Source: Candidatus Parcubacteria bacterium
GTDB lineage: Bacteria > Patescibacteriota > Minisyncoccia > Phycocordibacterales > CAIZLB01
Direction of reading: 5' to 3'
Length of the DNA: 64,000 nt
Assembly (NCBI GenBank): GCA_039795775.1
Contig: JBDKLC010000005.1
Span: 185,624 to 249,623, forward strand
Below, piece after piece: positions 54,856-64,000 of this stretch. The first letter of the stretch is position 1, and every line of letters starts with the position of its first letter. Below the pieces are notes generated by a model. It saw only the letters and a list, made by a program, of their open reading frames with translations. It did not search any database and was not told the DNA's origin. The position numbers were made by a program, and so were the translations under genes.

Positions 54856-55446
54856 ATGACTATCCCAGAAATTCTCGGACTTTTATCCGGTATCTTCCTC
54901 ATTGCAGGATATATTCCGTACATGTATGAAGTACTCAAGGGTACTGACATTCCAAATAGAGCGAGTTGGTTTATTTGGTCACTATCTACCATAACTATTC
55001 TTATTGGAGTACGAGAGACAGGTACAAATGAAGCTATCTGGGTGCCTATCGCCGATGCTATCGGTTGTTTCATTATCTTCATATTATCTATCCGAAAGGG
55101 AACAGGAGGCTGGAATCGCACAGACAAAATCTCTCTTGCTTTTGCAGCCGTTAGTCTCGCGCTCTGGGCATTTACAGGAAATATACTTGTCGCACTTATA
55201 ACAAATCTTGCTATTTATACAAGTGGCTATATTTCTACCATCAAAAAATCAATTGATGATCCAAAGAGTGAAAGTTTTGTGGCGTGGACAATGTTCTTCA
55301 TGGGTGTGGTTCTCAATCTTGTGACAGTTATTATTGGCACAGACACTGGCTTCGCGGTGTGGCTCTATCCAATCGTGCTTGTGGCAACCGTTGGCACGTT
55401 GTATGCAGTGCTCTTCAGACGGTTTAAAAATGAGATTCCGGCTTAG
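54856..55446 (+). CDS. Hypothetical polytopic membrane protein, paralog of 14991-15560.
   Basis: The 196 aa protein has a TM topology and a conserved KKSIDDPKSE-type segment shared with the 14991-15560 product. Confidence 0.55.
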   Translation: MTIPEILGLLSGIFLIAGYIPYMYEVLKGTDIPNRASWFIWSLSTITILIGVRETGTNEAIWVPIADAIGCFIIFILSIRKGTGGWNRTDKISLAFAAVSLALWAFTGNILVALITNLAIYTSGYISTIKKSIDDPKSESFVAWTMFFMGVVLNLVTVIIGTDTGFAVWLYPIVLVATVGTLYAVLFRRFKNEIPA

Positions 55447-55511
55447 CTGAATAAATAACCAGCAAAGCACAATTAGCATATCTGCCCACACAGCCAGCCC
55501 CAATACTTATA

Positions 55512-55631
55512 TTGACAAACTATTTAAATGTAGTATAATATAATAGTAATTTGGGTTAGTTCTTTCACAAATGCAAGTGTTTGATTTCGGCTTTTTATGT
55601 ACCTTTTGTAGGTATCTAAAAAGCCGAAATC
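55512..55631 (+). promoter_or_regulatory. Consensus sigma70 promoter followed by a 14 bp perfect leader hairpin.
   Basis: TTGACA at 55512-55517 and TATAAT at 55534-55539 are separated by 16 nt. In the transcribed leader, gatttcggcttttt at 55583-55596 pairs with aaaaagccgaaatc at 55618-55631. Confidence 0.5.
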
Positions 55632-55674
55632 AACGGCAAAACATCTCAACAATCCAAAATACCATAATAACCGT

Positions 55675-56109
55675 ATGAAAAAACTGTCCGATATGAATCT
55701 AGGTGCCCTTGTGGAACTAACCCGCTACGCTAAGGATTTCTTCAGTGCAAACTATCTTCCACTGATTCGCAAAAATCTCGAGGAAGTCGTGGTTGGCGAA
55801 GACCGATGTGTAGTAGCTACCTGCCTCCCTACAGTGGCAGTAACATCATTGTTGCGTGGAAGAGACAAAGTCGAACCAGCACACAGCAGGGCGCAATACA
55901 TCCATTACGTTACAAAGGCAACTACCATGAGCTCAGGTCGAATCATCCTCGGTCCGCTCAATCCTAATGTTGAAAATGCTCAGGCGGATGACACATGGGT
56001 CATTATCATCATGGAAAAACATCCTACAAGTAGTGACTTTTGCAAAAGCCGTGAGTTCTTTGGTAACGCTGCCTGGCATTTCATCCAGGTAGGTAAACTC
56101 CAACCCTAG
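55675..56109 (+). CDS. Hypothetical protein (moderately GC-rich).
   Basis: The 144 aa protein has no confident motif. Confidence 0.45.
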   Translation: MKKLSDMNLGALVELTRYAKDFFSANYLPLIRKNLEEVVVGEDRCVVATCLPTVAVTSLLRGRDKVEPAHSRAQYIHYVTKATTMSSGRIILGPLNPNVENAQADDTWVIIIMEKHPTSSDFCKSREFFGNAAWHFIQVGKLQP

Positions 56110-56127
56110 TAACCAACACTCGCATTA

Positions 56128-56176
56128 ATTTAGCCCCGTCTAGTAACTTCAAAAGTGAACGACGGGGCTTTTTTCT
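56128..56176 (+). terminator. Rho-independent terminator.
   Basis: gccccgtc pairs with gacggggc, followed by T6. Confidence 0.65.
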
Positions 56177-56256
56177 TTCTCTAATTAATGCATTAATTAT
56201 GCTGTTCTTGTCTTGAATGTATTATGCATGCGATTTATTGTTGTATAATTATATAT

Positions 56257-57441
56257 ATGAAAAAACTCATCATTCCAATTATTATTCTTGCGATTGCAGC
56301 GTTTGCTTTTGTGAAATTTAATACTGGTGCCCCACGCATTACTCCACAGACTATAGATGTATCAGGCACTACAAGCACTCAGGGAGCTTCATCTTCTGTT
56401 GCATCAAACGAAGTTGCTATTGTCACGCCTCTTTCTGCTGATGTGAATGTCAAAACAACTACACTTGCTCCTTTTAGAACAATAACAGAAGCAGCATCGA
56501 CAACTATCGGCACAGTGGTGAAGACATCTTCATCTGGACGAGCTATTGTCGAAGCATCATTTAGTCATCCTACCGCCCTCGACTATAGTTCTGAACTTGT
56601 TATCAAAGACAGTCGAGCTGAACAAAAGAGAACATCTATCGAACTTACGACAGGCGGTCTGTGGGCGCGAGCTAAGAAGCTTTTTGAAAAAGGAGAATTT
56701 TATGAAATTAAAACAAGTAACGCTGTCGCCGTGGTGCGAGGCACATCGTTTGGTGTGACATACAAGGCAAACAAAACGACAGTTATTGTTACGCAGGGTG
56801 AAGTTTCAGCTTTTAATAGAGACCCTAAAACAGGTAATGCAGCTTCATCAACACAGATAGTAGTTCTCGCAGGATACAAACTAGAAATAACAGGAACAAG
56901 CAAGGGAGTACTTACAAGAATTTCATCAGAGGACATGCGAAGTGATTGGTACAAATACAACACGTCAGCAGATGGTACAGGTGCCAGCACTGGCAAGGGC
57001 ACAAGTGCGGCTGGTTCAACATCTGGCACACAATCTGGAACACAAGGCGTGAGCACAACGGGTACTACAGCACCTGCTGGCTCAGTACCAGCGTCAGGAG
57101 GTTCAAGTGTTCCTACAACCGTTCCTGGAGCAGGTAGTACTTCATATGGAGGTACAGGAGCGACATCTGTAAAGGTTTCATCGGTGAGTCCTCGAAGTGT
57201 TATGGCTGGTGATAGTCGTACATATGTAGTGGTGAATGGTGTTGGCCTCAAACAAATAGAAGAAGTATCAGCAGGCGAATCTGTCATGATCGATCTTATG
57301 GTTGTAAATGATAATAAGTTGCAATTCCATGTCGATCCACAACTTCCAGTTGGAACATATGATCTCATCTTGATTGCATCAGATGGTTCTGACGTCACTC
57401 TTAACGCCGCACTTACTGTTCAATACGGATCAGTACGATAG
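56257..57441 (+). CDS. FecR-domain protein with a Ser/Thr/Gly-rich linker and a C-terminal Ig-like domain.
   Basis: It starts at MKKLIIPIIILAIAAFAFV, a signal or anchor. The FecR-like beta region begins ELTTGGLWARAK and ends NAVAVVRGTSFGV. A low-complexity stretch begins GTSAAGSTSGTQSGTQGVSTTG. Confidence 0.6.
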   Translation: MKKLIIPIIILAIAAFAFVKFNTGAPRITPQTIDVSGTTSTQGASSSVASNEVAIVTPLSADVNVKTTTLAPFRTITEAASTTIGTVVKTSSSGRAIVEASFSHPTALDYSSELVIKDSRAEQKRTSIELTTGGLWARAKKLFEKGEFYEIKTSNAVAVVRGTSFGVTYKANKTTVIVTQGEVSAFNRDPKTGNAASSTQIVVLAGYKLEITGTSKGVLTRISSEDMRSDWYKYNTSADGTGASTGKGTSAAGSTSGTQSGTQGVSTTGTTAPAGSVPASGGSSVPTTVPGAGSTSYGGTGATSVKVSSVSPRSVMAGDSRTYVVVNGVGLKQIEEVSAGESVMIDLMVVNDNKLQFHVDPQLPVGTYDLILIASDGSDVTLNAALTVQYGSVR

Positions 57442-57453
57442 CCGGTAAAAAGT

Positions 57454-59367
57454 ATGAAAAAATACTCAAAAAAATATTGGATTATTGCGGTAGTACTTAT
57501 CGGAGTATTCCTGTTGAGTTTTTGTTCATATTATTTTCATTTATTTGAAACTCTTCAAAATAAATTCACTGATCGTTTATTCTTGAAACGTCAGCCTTCG
57601 CAACATATTGTGATAGTTGCAATTGATGAGCAAAGTCTTGCGCAAATAGGGAAGTGGCCCTGGAGTCGTGATGTGTTTGCAAAAGTGATCCCGCAATTCG
57701 ACGCTTCTAAGGCTGTTGGATTTGATATTAATTTTTCCGAATCTTCATCTCTCTCTAATAATGGTGTAGACGCAGACAAAATACTTGCCCAAGCATTGGC
57801 TAGTTCAAATTCGGAAATATTCCTACCAATTCAACTGAGAGCTGACGGTGTAGTAGAAGTCGCTCCGCTTTCTCTCTTGGCTGAACATGCAAAGCTTGGG
57901 TATGTAAATGTTCTTGTAGATTCAGACAATACTGTTCGCTCGCTCATTCACTCAAGATCGGGAGCTACAAGCTTTTCATCTCTTTTCGCACCATCGCAAG
58001 CTATCACTTCTGAGCCTCAAATCATCAATTACACCGGACCGGCAAAAACTATTCTCACAGTTTCATTCGTAGACGTGTTGAATAAGAAAATACCACCAAG
58101 TATTTTTAAAGACGCAAACGTCCTCATTGGTGTAACAGCAAATGATTTGCACGATGTTCTCAATACTCCCTTTGGTCTCATGCCTGGAGTAGAAGTTCAT
58201 GCAAATGCTCTTGAGACTTTAGCATCAGGCTCGGCGATTAAACCGGCATCCAAAGAAACAGCAGCAGCTAGTCTTGCTATTGTCATTCTCATAGGTGCAG
58301 CTATTGTCTTCTTATTCAAGAGATTTATATATATTATTGCAACGCTCATAGCACTTTTTGTTGGAATTATTGCTGCTACGTTTGTCTCATTTCAGTTGGG
58401 CATAATTTTACCAGCTGCATATATGCTCTTGGCGTTCTTACTAGGCTCTGTAAGTACACTCATATATCAATATGTTGTTGAATCAAAAGAAAAGCGATTT
58501 ATCCAAAAGACATTTCAATATTATTTAATGCCAGAAGTGATCAAGGAGATTATGGAGAATCCAAAAAAACTCTCACTTGGTGGGGAAAAGAAAAAACTTA
58601 CAATTCTTTTCTCAGACATTCGAGGATTCACAGCACTTTCAGAAAAACTGACAGCCGAAGAACTCGTGCATATTATCAACCAGTACTTTACTCGTATGAG
58701 TGATAGCATTATGGAGCATAGAGGGTTGGTAGATAAATACATTGGTGATGCAATTATGGCTTTTTGGGGAGCACCAATCGCCAATGAATCTCAGGCTGCT
58801 GACGCATGTCTCACTGCTCTCGCTATGTCTGCACAGCTCAAGAGCCTCAATGCTGCGTGGAAAGCCGCAGGAGTACCTGAAATAGGTATTGGTATCGGAC
58901 TCAACACAGGAGAGGTAATTGTAGGCAATATGGGAAGTGAAAAGCGGTTCAACTATACGATTATGGGAGATGAAGTGAATTTTGGCTCGCGACTTGAAGG
59001 TCTCAACAAAATGTACGGTACAGAATGTATTTTGAGTGAAGAAACAAAAAAGGCTGTCGAAGGTGATAGTCGTTTCGTTATTCGTGAACTTGATACTGTA
59101 ATGGTAAAAGGCAAGAAAGAACCAAAGAACATTTACGAGCTCATCACAGCTGAAGTGACTGATCCGTTTAAACAAGTGTTACCACTGTTTGCAGAAGGTT
59201 TAGATCTGTACAAGAAAGGGAATTTTAAGCAGGCTCTAGAAACCTTTAAAAAGGTCCTCGATACATATCCGGATGGACCAAGTCAGACATTTATGGAACG
59301 ATGTAACTATCTGATTGAACATCCACCTGAAGTATGGAACGGTGTATATGAATTTAAGACAAAATAA
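57454..59367 (+). CDS. CHASE2 sensor-containing class III adenylate/guanylate cyclase.
   Basis: An N-terminal TM helix is followed by an extracytoplasmic domain of about 300 aa, three TM helices and the cyclase core. The core contains LTILFSDIRGFTALSE, DKYIGDAIMAFWGAP and NLGSRLEG. A helical C-terminus follows. Confidence 0.8.
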   Translation: MKKYSKKYWIIAVVLIGVFLLSFCSYYFHLFETLQNKFTDRLFLKRQPSQHIVIVAIDEQSLAQIGKWPWSRDVFAKVIPQFDASKAVGFDINFSESSSLSNNGVDADKILAQALASSNSEIFLPIQLRADGVVEVAPLSLLAEHAKLGYVNVLVDSDNTVRSLIHSRSGATSFSSLFAPSQAITSEPQIINYTGPAKTILTVSFVDVLNKKIPPSIFKDANVLIGVTANDLHDVLNTPFGLMPGVEVHANALETLASGSAIKPASKETAAASLAIVILIGAAIVFLFKRFIYIIATLIALFVGIIAATFVSFQLGIILPAAYMLLAFLLGSVSTLIYQYVVESKEKRFIQKTFQYYLMPEVIKEIMENPKKLSLGGEKKKLTILFSDIRGFTALSEKLTAEELVHIINQYFTRMSDSIMEHRGLVDKYIGDAIMAFWGAPIANESQAADACLTALAMSAQLKSLNAAWKAAGVPEIGIGIGLNTGEVIVGNMGSEKRFNYTIMGDEVNFGSRLEGLNKMYGTECILSEETKKAVEGDSRFVIRELDTVMVKGKKEPKNIYELITAEVTDPFKQVLPLFAEGLDLYKKGNFKQALETFKKVLDTYPDGPSQTFMERCNYLIEHPPEVWNGVYEFKTK

Positions 59368-59369
59368 AT

Positions 59370-59651
59370 ATGAATAAAATTTGGTTTAAAGCAAAGCGAT
59401 ACGGTTGGGGATGGACTCCTTCGACATGGGAAGGTTGGCTTTCTCTTGTTATTTTTATTGTGCTTCAGTTTGCAAATGCGAGACGCCTCGAAGTTGTATC
59501 TGAGTCTCCAAGCAATACTGTAGTTATATTTATTATTGAAACAATTGTACTTGTAGCTGCACTCATTGCCGTTTGTTATTGGAAAGGGGAGAAGCCATCA
59601 TGGCGCTGGGGTGATCGAGATGCAGGAAAAGATGATTTGAATAATACATAA
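59370..59651 (+). CDS. Hypothetical small membrane protein.
   Basis: The 93 aa protein has 2 TM helices. It is 2 nt downstream of the cyclase stop. Confidence 0.45.
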   Translation: MNKIWFKAKRYGWGWTPSTWEGWLSLVIFIVLQFANARRLEVVSESPSNTVVIFIIETIVLVAALIAVCYWKGEKPSWRWGDRDAGKDDLNNT

Positions 59652-59655
59652 TACA

Positions 59656-60147
59656 ATGCGCTTCAAAAGCTTCAATAGTCTTCGAGCTATTATATATAAG
59701 CTCGGCTATCCTATTGCAAAGTCGGTCTGGTTTTTTACACGACCAACTACTCAGGGAGTAAAATGTTTGATAATTAAAAAAGGTGAACCCGCGACTTCGG
59801 GGAGTGATCAGCTGCTTCTTATTCGTCACACGTATGGAAAGGGTACATGGAACCTACCTGGTGGGGGAATAAAAAGAGATGAAGATCACGTAGAGGCAAT
59901 TAAACGTGAGGTGTTTGAAGAATTAGGAATCTGTCTTGAAGACACAAAGATACGTGCGGTTGGGTCCTTTTTTACAACAAGAGAATTTAAGAAAGATACA
60001 GTGTTTTGTTTTGCTGCAGAGGTGACAAATGAGTATTTTAAAATTGATGAGCATGAAATAGCTGAAGCAAAATGGTTTTCTCTGGATACTATACCTGATC
60101 ACACTTCAACAATAGTAGGAAAGATTCGGAAACTTTCTAGTGTTTGA
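59656..60147 (+). CDS. NUDIX hydrolase.
   Basis: The Nudix box is GGGIKRDEDHVEAIKREVFEELGI. Confidence 0.75.
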   Translation: MRFKSFNSLRAIIYKLGYPIAKSVWFFTRPTTQGVKCLIIKKGEPATSGSDQLLLIRHTYGKGTWNLPGGGIKRDEDHVEAIKREVFEELGICLEDTKIRAVGSFFTTREFKKDTVFCFAAEVTNEYFKIDEHEIAEAKWFSLDTIPDHTSTIVGKIRKLSSV

Positions 60148-60308
60148 TTTTGTACTATATTTGTAAACATATTCATATCTAGACTATATACGATAATGTG
60201 GCCTAATAAAGCCATGTTTTTCACACAATATACTTGATAATCCTGCAAGATGGGTGTAGAGTTTTAAATCGTCTGTTAGACATTTTATCTAAAGCTTATT
60301 ACCACATT

Positions 60309-61943
60309 ATGAAATCAATTTTGTCTGAAATGAAAGCAAACTGGAAAGCTGCTTTGTCCGTTGCTCTTATTAACATCCCGATGTCAATTTCTCTCGCTAT
60401 CGCCTCAGGTGTTGCACCTACAGTAGGTATCGTGACAGCCATTTGGGCAGGTCTCGTAGCAGCAATCTTTGGAGGAAGTCACTACAACGTTGTAGGACCA
60501 GCCGGAGCTCTCTCTGGTATCCTCGCCGGCTACTCACTCATTTTCGGTCCACAAATTCTTCCTGTTATTGCACTTATCACTGGCGTGATGGTGCTTATTA
60601 TTTGGGCGCTTCGATGGGATAGATACATTGTATTCATTCCTTCAAGTGTGGTGCACGGATTCACACTCTCTGTGGCTTTTGTAATCGGTCTTGGTCAGCT
60701 CAACTCAGCATTTGGTCTCAAGGGATTGATCAAACATGAAAAGTTTGTCGGAAATGTGGTGGAAACGCTCCGACACCTCGGTTCAACACACGCTCCAACA
60801 TTCATTCTTTTTATTATTGGTCTTGCCATGATGTTTGCTCTTTTCAAGTGGTTACCAAAGATTCCAAACTCAGTAGTAGTAGCACTCTTCGGTATTGCGG
60901 TTGGTGTTGTTGCATCAAAAGGCTACCTTCCATATGGATTCGAGACTATTCAGTCAAAGTATGGCGCTCTTTCTCTCAACCTTTTCTCAATGCCACACTT
61001 CACAAAAGAAATGTTTAGTATCGCAGTATTCAAAGCCATTCCACTTGTAGCTATTGTTGTTATTTTGGAAACACTCCTCAGTGCCAAGATTGCTGATGGT
61101 ATGACAAAGACACGATACAACCAAAAGAAAGAAGTATTTGGTATTGGTCTTGCCAACGTCGTATCAGGTCTCTTTGGTGGTTTGCCTGCAACTGGTGTAT
61201 TCGCTCGAACAGCTATGAATATCAAGAGTGGAGCCACATCTCGATACTCAGCTATTATGAACACTATTGTAGTAGCCATCGTCTCATTTTTCCTACTTCA
61301 GTACTTCTCATATTTACCAATGGCCATCGTTGCATCAATCCTCATTTACATTGCGCTCCGAATGGTTGCGTTGAAGCACTTCCAAAATCTCTACCGATTC
61401 GACAAGACTGCATTCATTCTTTCAATTGTAGTAGCCGTGCTTTCAATTGTGTATGACCCACTTATTGGTATTTTGCTTGGTTCAGGTGTATCACTCCTTA
61501 TCTTCATGAACTACATGTCAAAAGCTCAGTCAGAAGTATTGATTGGAAGTGCGCAAGGTGAAATGGAAAGACTTCGAGTGAACGACATCAACTTCGAGGA
61601 AGTAGGCGGGGACACAATGATCTATCGATTCGTAGGTGAGCTTAACTACATGAACGCCGAAACACACAAAACATTCCTTGTGAATCTCAAAGCTGATAAG
61701 TATGTCATTTTCAACTTTAAAAACCTCTTCTACATCGACATCGACGGTCTCGATGCTCTTGATGAAATCATTGAAGAACTCGAACTCCACGGTAAGCATG
61801 TGTATGTCTCTGGTCTTCCTCCAATCTTAGAAAGTCTTTTCCTTCAGAAAGCATGGTATCTCCGAAAGAAAGAACAAAAGCATGTATTTGAAGGGACAGC
61901 TGGCGCTCTTGATAAGATCACAAATGAATTTCCTAAAAATTAA
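60309..61943 (+). CDS. SulP-family anion transporter with a C-terminal STAS domain.
   Basis: The start is at MKSILSEMKANWKAAL. The SulP signature is VALINIPMSISLAIASGVAPTVGIVTA. The STAS-like C-terminus reads YRFVGELNYMNAE. Confidence 0.85.
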   Translation: MKSILSEMKANWKAALSVALINIPMSISLAIASGVAPTVGIVTAIWAGLVAAIFGGSHYNVVGPAGALSGILAGYSLIFGPQILPVIALITGVMVLIIWALRWDRYIVFIPSSVVHGFTLSVAFVIGLGQLNSAFGLKGLIKHEKFVGNVVETLRHLGSTHAPTFILFIIGLAMMFALFKWLPKIPNSVVVALFGIAVGVVASKGYLPYGFETIQSKYGALSLNLFSMPHFTKEMFSIAVFKAIPLVAIVVILETLLSAKIADGMTKTRYNQKKEVFGIGLANVVSGLFGGLPATGVFARTAMNIKSGATSRYSAIMNTIVVAIVSFFLLQYFSYLPMAIVASILIYIALRMVALKHFQNLYRFDKTAFILSIVVAVLSIVYDPLIGILLGSGVSLLIFMNYMSKAQSEVLIGSAQGEMERLRVNDINFEEVGGDTMIYRFVGELNYMNAETHKTFLVNLKADKYVIFNFKNLFYIDIDGLDALDEIIEELELHGKHVYVSGLPPILESLFLQKAWYLRKKEQKHVFEGTAGALDKITNEFPKN

Positions 61944-61974
61944 ATCAAATTAGTATAAAAAAGTAAGAAAGAGT

Positions 61975-62012
61975 AAACGCCGGCGCCCTGTAAAGGGGGC
62001 CGGCGTTTTAAC
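61975..62012. terminator. Bidirectional GC-rich terminator.
   Basis: aaacgccggcgccc pairs with gggggccggcgtttt. Confidence 0.6.
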
Positions 62013-62029
62013 GAGGAATGCAAGGATTC

Positions 62030-62344
62030 CTAGTAGTCTTCAGGGAGAAGGTGATCTCCTCGTTCTTCGGCGACGCGCTGTGCGTCGGCGTAGAGGGCAG
62101 CTCGGCTCATAGGAATTAAGCGTATTCCTTGAACTTGGCGTAGTGCTCTTGGTCTGGATACACGACCGCTACCTTGCAGGCGGCGTTTTTTGCCGCTGGC
62201 GAGGAGCTTTCCTACATCGGACATGAGTGTGCCGACTTGGATGCGTTCTTCGCGTGCGATTGGTAAGCAAACATCATAGAGTGAAGTGCCCTGACGTGCT
62301 GATTTGAAGGCTGCAGCAGCCTTTTCAACGATCGAACTGTTCAT
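62030..62344 (-). CDS. Hypothetical basic protein (GC-rich), possibly nucleic-acid binding.
   Basis: The start is at MNSSIVEKAAAAFKSARQ. GGAGGA lies 9 nt upstream. The protein has an Arg/Lys-rich central segment. Confidence 0.45.
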   Translation of the reverse strand: MNSSIVEKAAAAFKSARQGTSLYDVCLPIAREERIQVGTLMSDVGKLLASGKKRRLQGSGRVSRPRALRQVQGIRLIPMSRAALYADAQRVAEERGDHLLPEDY

Positions 62345-62527
62345 TGTCTGTTTTCCTCCGTGTTGTGGGTTGTGGTGTTCGGCGGGTGAGTGCCGAGAGA
62401 GTATTGACAAATCGTGAGATCTATCTGGAACTATATTATACCACTATAAATTTAGTTGTAAATAGCTGTAAAAAGGACTGTTTTCCACAGGCTGAGATCA
62501 AGATATGATCAAAACCAGACAAAGTAA

Positions 62528-62570
62528 AAAGTAGGAAAGATTCCTACTTTTTACTTAGATACATATTTAT
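62528..62570 (-). terminator. Terminator downstream of yqeY.
   Basis: aaaaagtagg pairs with cctacttttt in a stem with a T-run. Confidence 0.55.
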
Positions 62571-62619
62571 ATGTGTAGTCTGGCTTAAACGCTGCAAAGC
62601 GATGCAAAACTATCCGAAA

Positions 62620-63075
62620 CTATGCAAACAATCCTTCTACCACAGCTTTCACATCAGCACCGTCAGCTTTGCCTTTAAGGTCTTTCATAAGAGCACTCAT
62701 GAATTTTCCTGTTTCAGATTTGTCTGTAATACCAAGCTCAGCTTTCTTTGCTTCTGCAATTTTCTGAATTTCTTCTCGAGACATCATCTGAGGGAGATAC
62801 GCTTCGAGTATAGAAAGTTCTTTCTTTTCATCTTCTGCGAGTTCTGGTCGGCCACCGGCAATGAATTGATCGATAGAATCTTTTCGCTGCTTAGCTGATC
62901 GTCGAATAACAGCGAGTGCTTCGTCGTCAGTGAGGGTATCCTGAGGAGTTCGGTTTGTCGCTACGAGCTCATTCATGAAAGCTGTAGTGAGACCTCGTAC
63001 TACAGTCAATTTGATAGCATCCTTTGCAAGCATTGCTTCCTTAATCTGGCCTTTAATCTGGTCGTGTAGAGACAT
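62620..63075 (-). CDS. yqeY: GatB/YqeY domain protein.
   Basis: MSLHDQIKGQIKEAMLAKD is followed by RGLTTAFMNELV, which is the YqeY fold signature. Confidence 0.8.
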   Translation of the reverse strand: MSLHDQIKGQIKEAMLAKDAIKLTVVRGLTTAFMNELVATNRTPQDTLTDDEALAVIRRSAKQRKDSIDQFIAGGRPELAEDEKKELSILEAYLPQMMSREEIQKIAEAKKAELGITDKSETGKFMSALMKDLKGKADGADVKAVVEGLFA

Positions 63076-63108
63076 ATATTTGTTCGTATTTTTGATATAC
63101 TAATTCGT

Positions 63109-64000
63109 ATGACTAATAATTCGATACTGCTCATTGTAGCCTTTCTTTTCGTCGCTATCAACGTAGGGGCGTTTTTGTACATTATCAGACGTGATAAACG
63201 AAAAGAGGAACTGGCAGCTCTCGAAGCCCTCAAACCTCAAGATAATTCTGGTCTTCAGCTCCTTCTTCAGCAAATTAACGAGCTCAGTCGAACTGTCGAT
63301 GGTCGTATCAGCGACATGGCAAAGACAGTTGATAATAAATTGGGGGAAAGTTCAAAAAATATGCAGGAATCCTTCAGACACCAGACATCTGAATCATTCC
63401 AACTTCTCAAGGACGTAACAGAGCGAATCACAAAGCTCGATGAGACTAACAGACAAGTAGTGTCATTTGCAGATCAGCTCCAAAGTCTTCAGGATATTTT
63501 GAAGAATCCAAAACAGCGAGGAATTCTCGGTGAATATTATCTCGAAACACTTCTTAAGAACGTGCTTCCACCTGGTAGTTTTCAAATGCAATACGCGTTT
63601 AAGGATGCCACTATTGTCGATGCTGTTGTCATGGTAAAAGACAAGATCATTCCAGTTGACTCAAAGTTTAGTCTTGAGAACTACAATCGTCTCGCAGAAG
63701 AACGAGATCCGGTAGAGCGAGAGCGACTCGAAAAACTTTTTAAATCTGATCTCAAAAACCGAATCGACGAAACATCGAAGTACATTAAACCAGAAGAAAA
63801 TACTATGGAGTTCGCCTTCATGTTTATTCCGCACGAAGCCATTTACTATGATCTTCTCGTTGCTCAGGTAGGTTCTGTGAAAATTAATACACGAGACCTC
63901 ATCGAATATGCATTTAAAGAAAAGAGAGTGATTATCGTATCTCCAACATCATTCCTCGCGTATCTACAGACCGTGCTTCAAGGTCTCAAGGCCATGCAAA
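63109..64000 (+). CDS. rmuC: DNA recombination protein RmuC. The C-terminus runs off the window end.
   Basis: An open frame runs from ATG at 63109 to the end of the window and is absent from the ORF track. It has an N-terminal TM helix and a coiled coil. The RmuC core begins QRGILGEYYLETLLKN and ends FMFIPHEAIYYDLL. Confidence 0.85.
   Translation, partial: MTNNSILLIVAFLFVAINVGAFLYIIRRDKRKEELAALEALKPQDNSGLQLLLQQINELSRTVDGRISDMAKTVDNKLGESSKNMQESFRHQTSESFQLLKDVTERITKLDETNRQVVSFADQLQSLQDILKNPKQRGILGEYYLETLLKNVLPPGSFQMQYAFKDATIVDAVVMVKDKIIPVDSKFSLENYNRLAEERDPVERERLEKLFKSDLKNRIDETSKYIKPEENTMEFAFMFIPHEAIYYDLLVAQVGSVKINTRDLIEYAFKEKRVIIVSPTSFLAYLQTVLQGLKAMQ

Noticed and set aside
56700-57398. A 232 aa minus-strand ORF antisense to the FecR-domain gene.
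   Set aside because: The Pro/Thr-rich translation arises from the antisense of the Ser/Thr/Gly-rich linker. The sense gene carries the domain evidence.

Overview
This 64 kb window comes from a low-GC (roughly 40%) bacterium with a compact gene layout. Most native genes lack Shine-Dalgarno sequences, and peptidoglycan and rod-shape genes are present. That is consistent with a small-genome, CPR-like or similar lineage, although this is inferred from sequence features only.

Two genes run off the window edges and are missing from the ORF track: mutS (1-2122, minus) and rmuC (63109-64000, plus).

Core content, in order:
- mutS, a GC-rich SAM-dependent methyltransferase, dgkA and a VanY-like carboxypeptidase.
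- A membrane oxidoreductase that fuses an RnfD/NqrB-like domain to an FNR-like domain, followed nearby by an FMN-binding protein and ApbE operon.
- Paralogous VOC-family proteins, YdeI, tspO, an asparaginase, a rhodanese and a UbiA prenyltransferase.
- tRNA-Asn, then hpf, the priA-def-fmt operon, and mreB-holB-frr-rseP-proS-mreB2-mreC-mreD-mrdA-greA-lysS.
- The division/cell wall cluster mraZ-rsmH-ftsL-ftsI with phased MraZ boxes, then tRNA-Glu.
- An accessory island: a kinase/P-loop fusion, a PH-like membrane protein, an SF2 helicase with C-terminal repeats, proteins sharing a Cys-containing domain, and a frameshifted DUF1801 gene.
- A FecR-domain protein with a CHASE2 adenylate cyclase, NUDIX, SulP, yqeY and rmuC.

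Several short GC-rich segments interrupt this backbone. Some carry canonical SD sequences and look horizontally acquired.

The regions most worth follow-up are:
1. A possible minimal flavin-transfer chain (RnfD-like/FNR fusion, FMN-binding protein, ApbE).
2. A cassette-like array next to tRNA-Asn, bounded by repeated hairpin and junction elements and by nested partial copies of the tRNA 3' end.
3. The tRNA-Glu-linked island containing the helicase and kinase genes.
4. A LysRS with an unusual C-terminal extension.
5. A PriA with degenerate helicase motifs.

No CRISPR arrays, rRNA genes, transposases or integrases were seen.
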